From Balanoglossus misakiensis (lineage: Eukaryota; Animalia; Hemichordata), in contig CM082591.2 of the NCBI GenBank assembly GCA_040954595.2, positions 6,996,047 through 7,060,046 on the forward strand: 64,000 nucleotides of DNA, written 5' to 3'. Shown piece by piece: positions 63,901 to 64,000 of the stretch. The notes below the pieces were generated by a model. That model made no database searches. It was not told the DNA's origin and saw nothing but the letters and a program-made list of their open reading frames with translations. Position 1 is the stretch's first letter; each line of letters starts with the position of its first letter. Made by a program: the position numbers and the translations under genes.

Positions 63901-64000
63901 CATGTAACCACAGTTTTTAGTCGGTCATCTACATGCCACAAACTTGGCCAGGATGTGTGACCTTTGAGTGACCTCAGACCACCACCATGTGTTGCCTAGA

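Overview
Eukaryotic (metazoan) genomic DNA with spliceosomal GT-AG introns. The gene and transposon content suggests a marine invertebrate deuterostome such as a hemichordate (inference). I hand-assembled four genes. (1) The 5' part of a minus-strand gene with a PARP14/PARP10-type RRM-like N-terminus and an acidic linker (3549 to <1). (2) A minus-strand GT29 alpha-2,8-sialyltransferase-like gene (40515-35534) whose stem exon is tandemly triplicated and whose sialylmotif-VS His appears replaced by Lys. (3) A plus-strand 8-exon gene (45836-55366, ~1677 aa) for an unusual type I membrane protein: signal peptide, EGF, coiled-coil hairpin with a 10-Cys tip, furin site, two Ig domains, TM helix and short tail. 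(4) 3' exons of an uncharacterised minus-strand gene (~59-62.8 kb). About 41% of the window (8021-34425) is one 88-bp satellite array of ~300 copies with an internal dyad and nested higher-order duplications. The rest is dense in non-autonomous DNA transposons (TAA, TA, TTAA, 7-bp and 9-bp TSD types), including back-to-back insertions that re-use one target site. No rRNA, tRNA, CRISPR or autonomous transposase was recognised.
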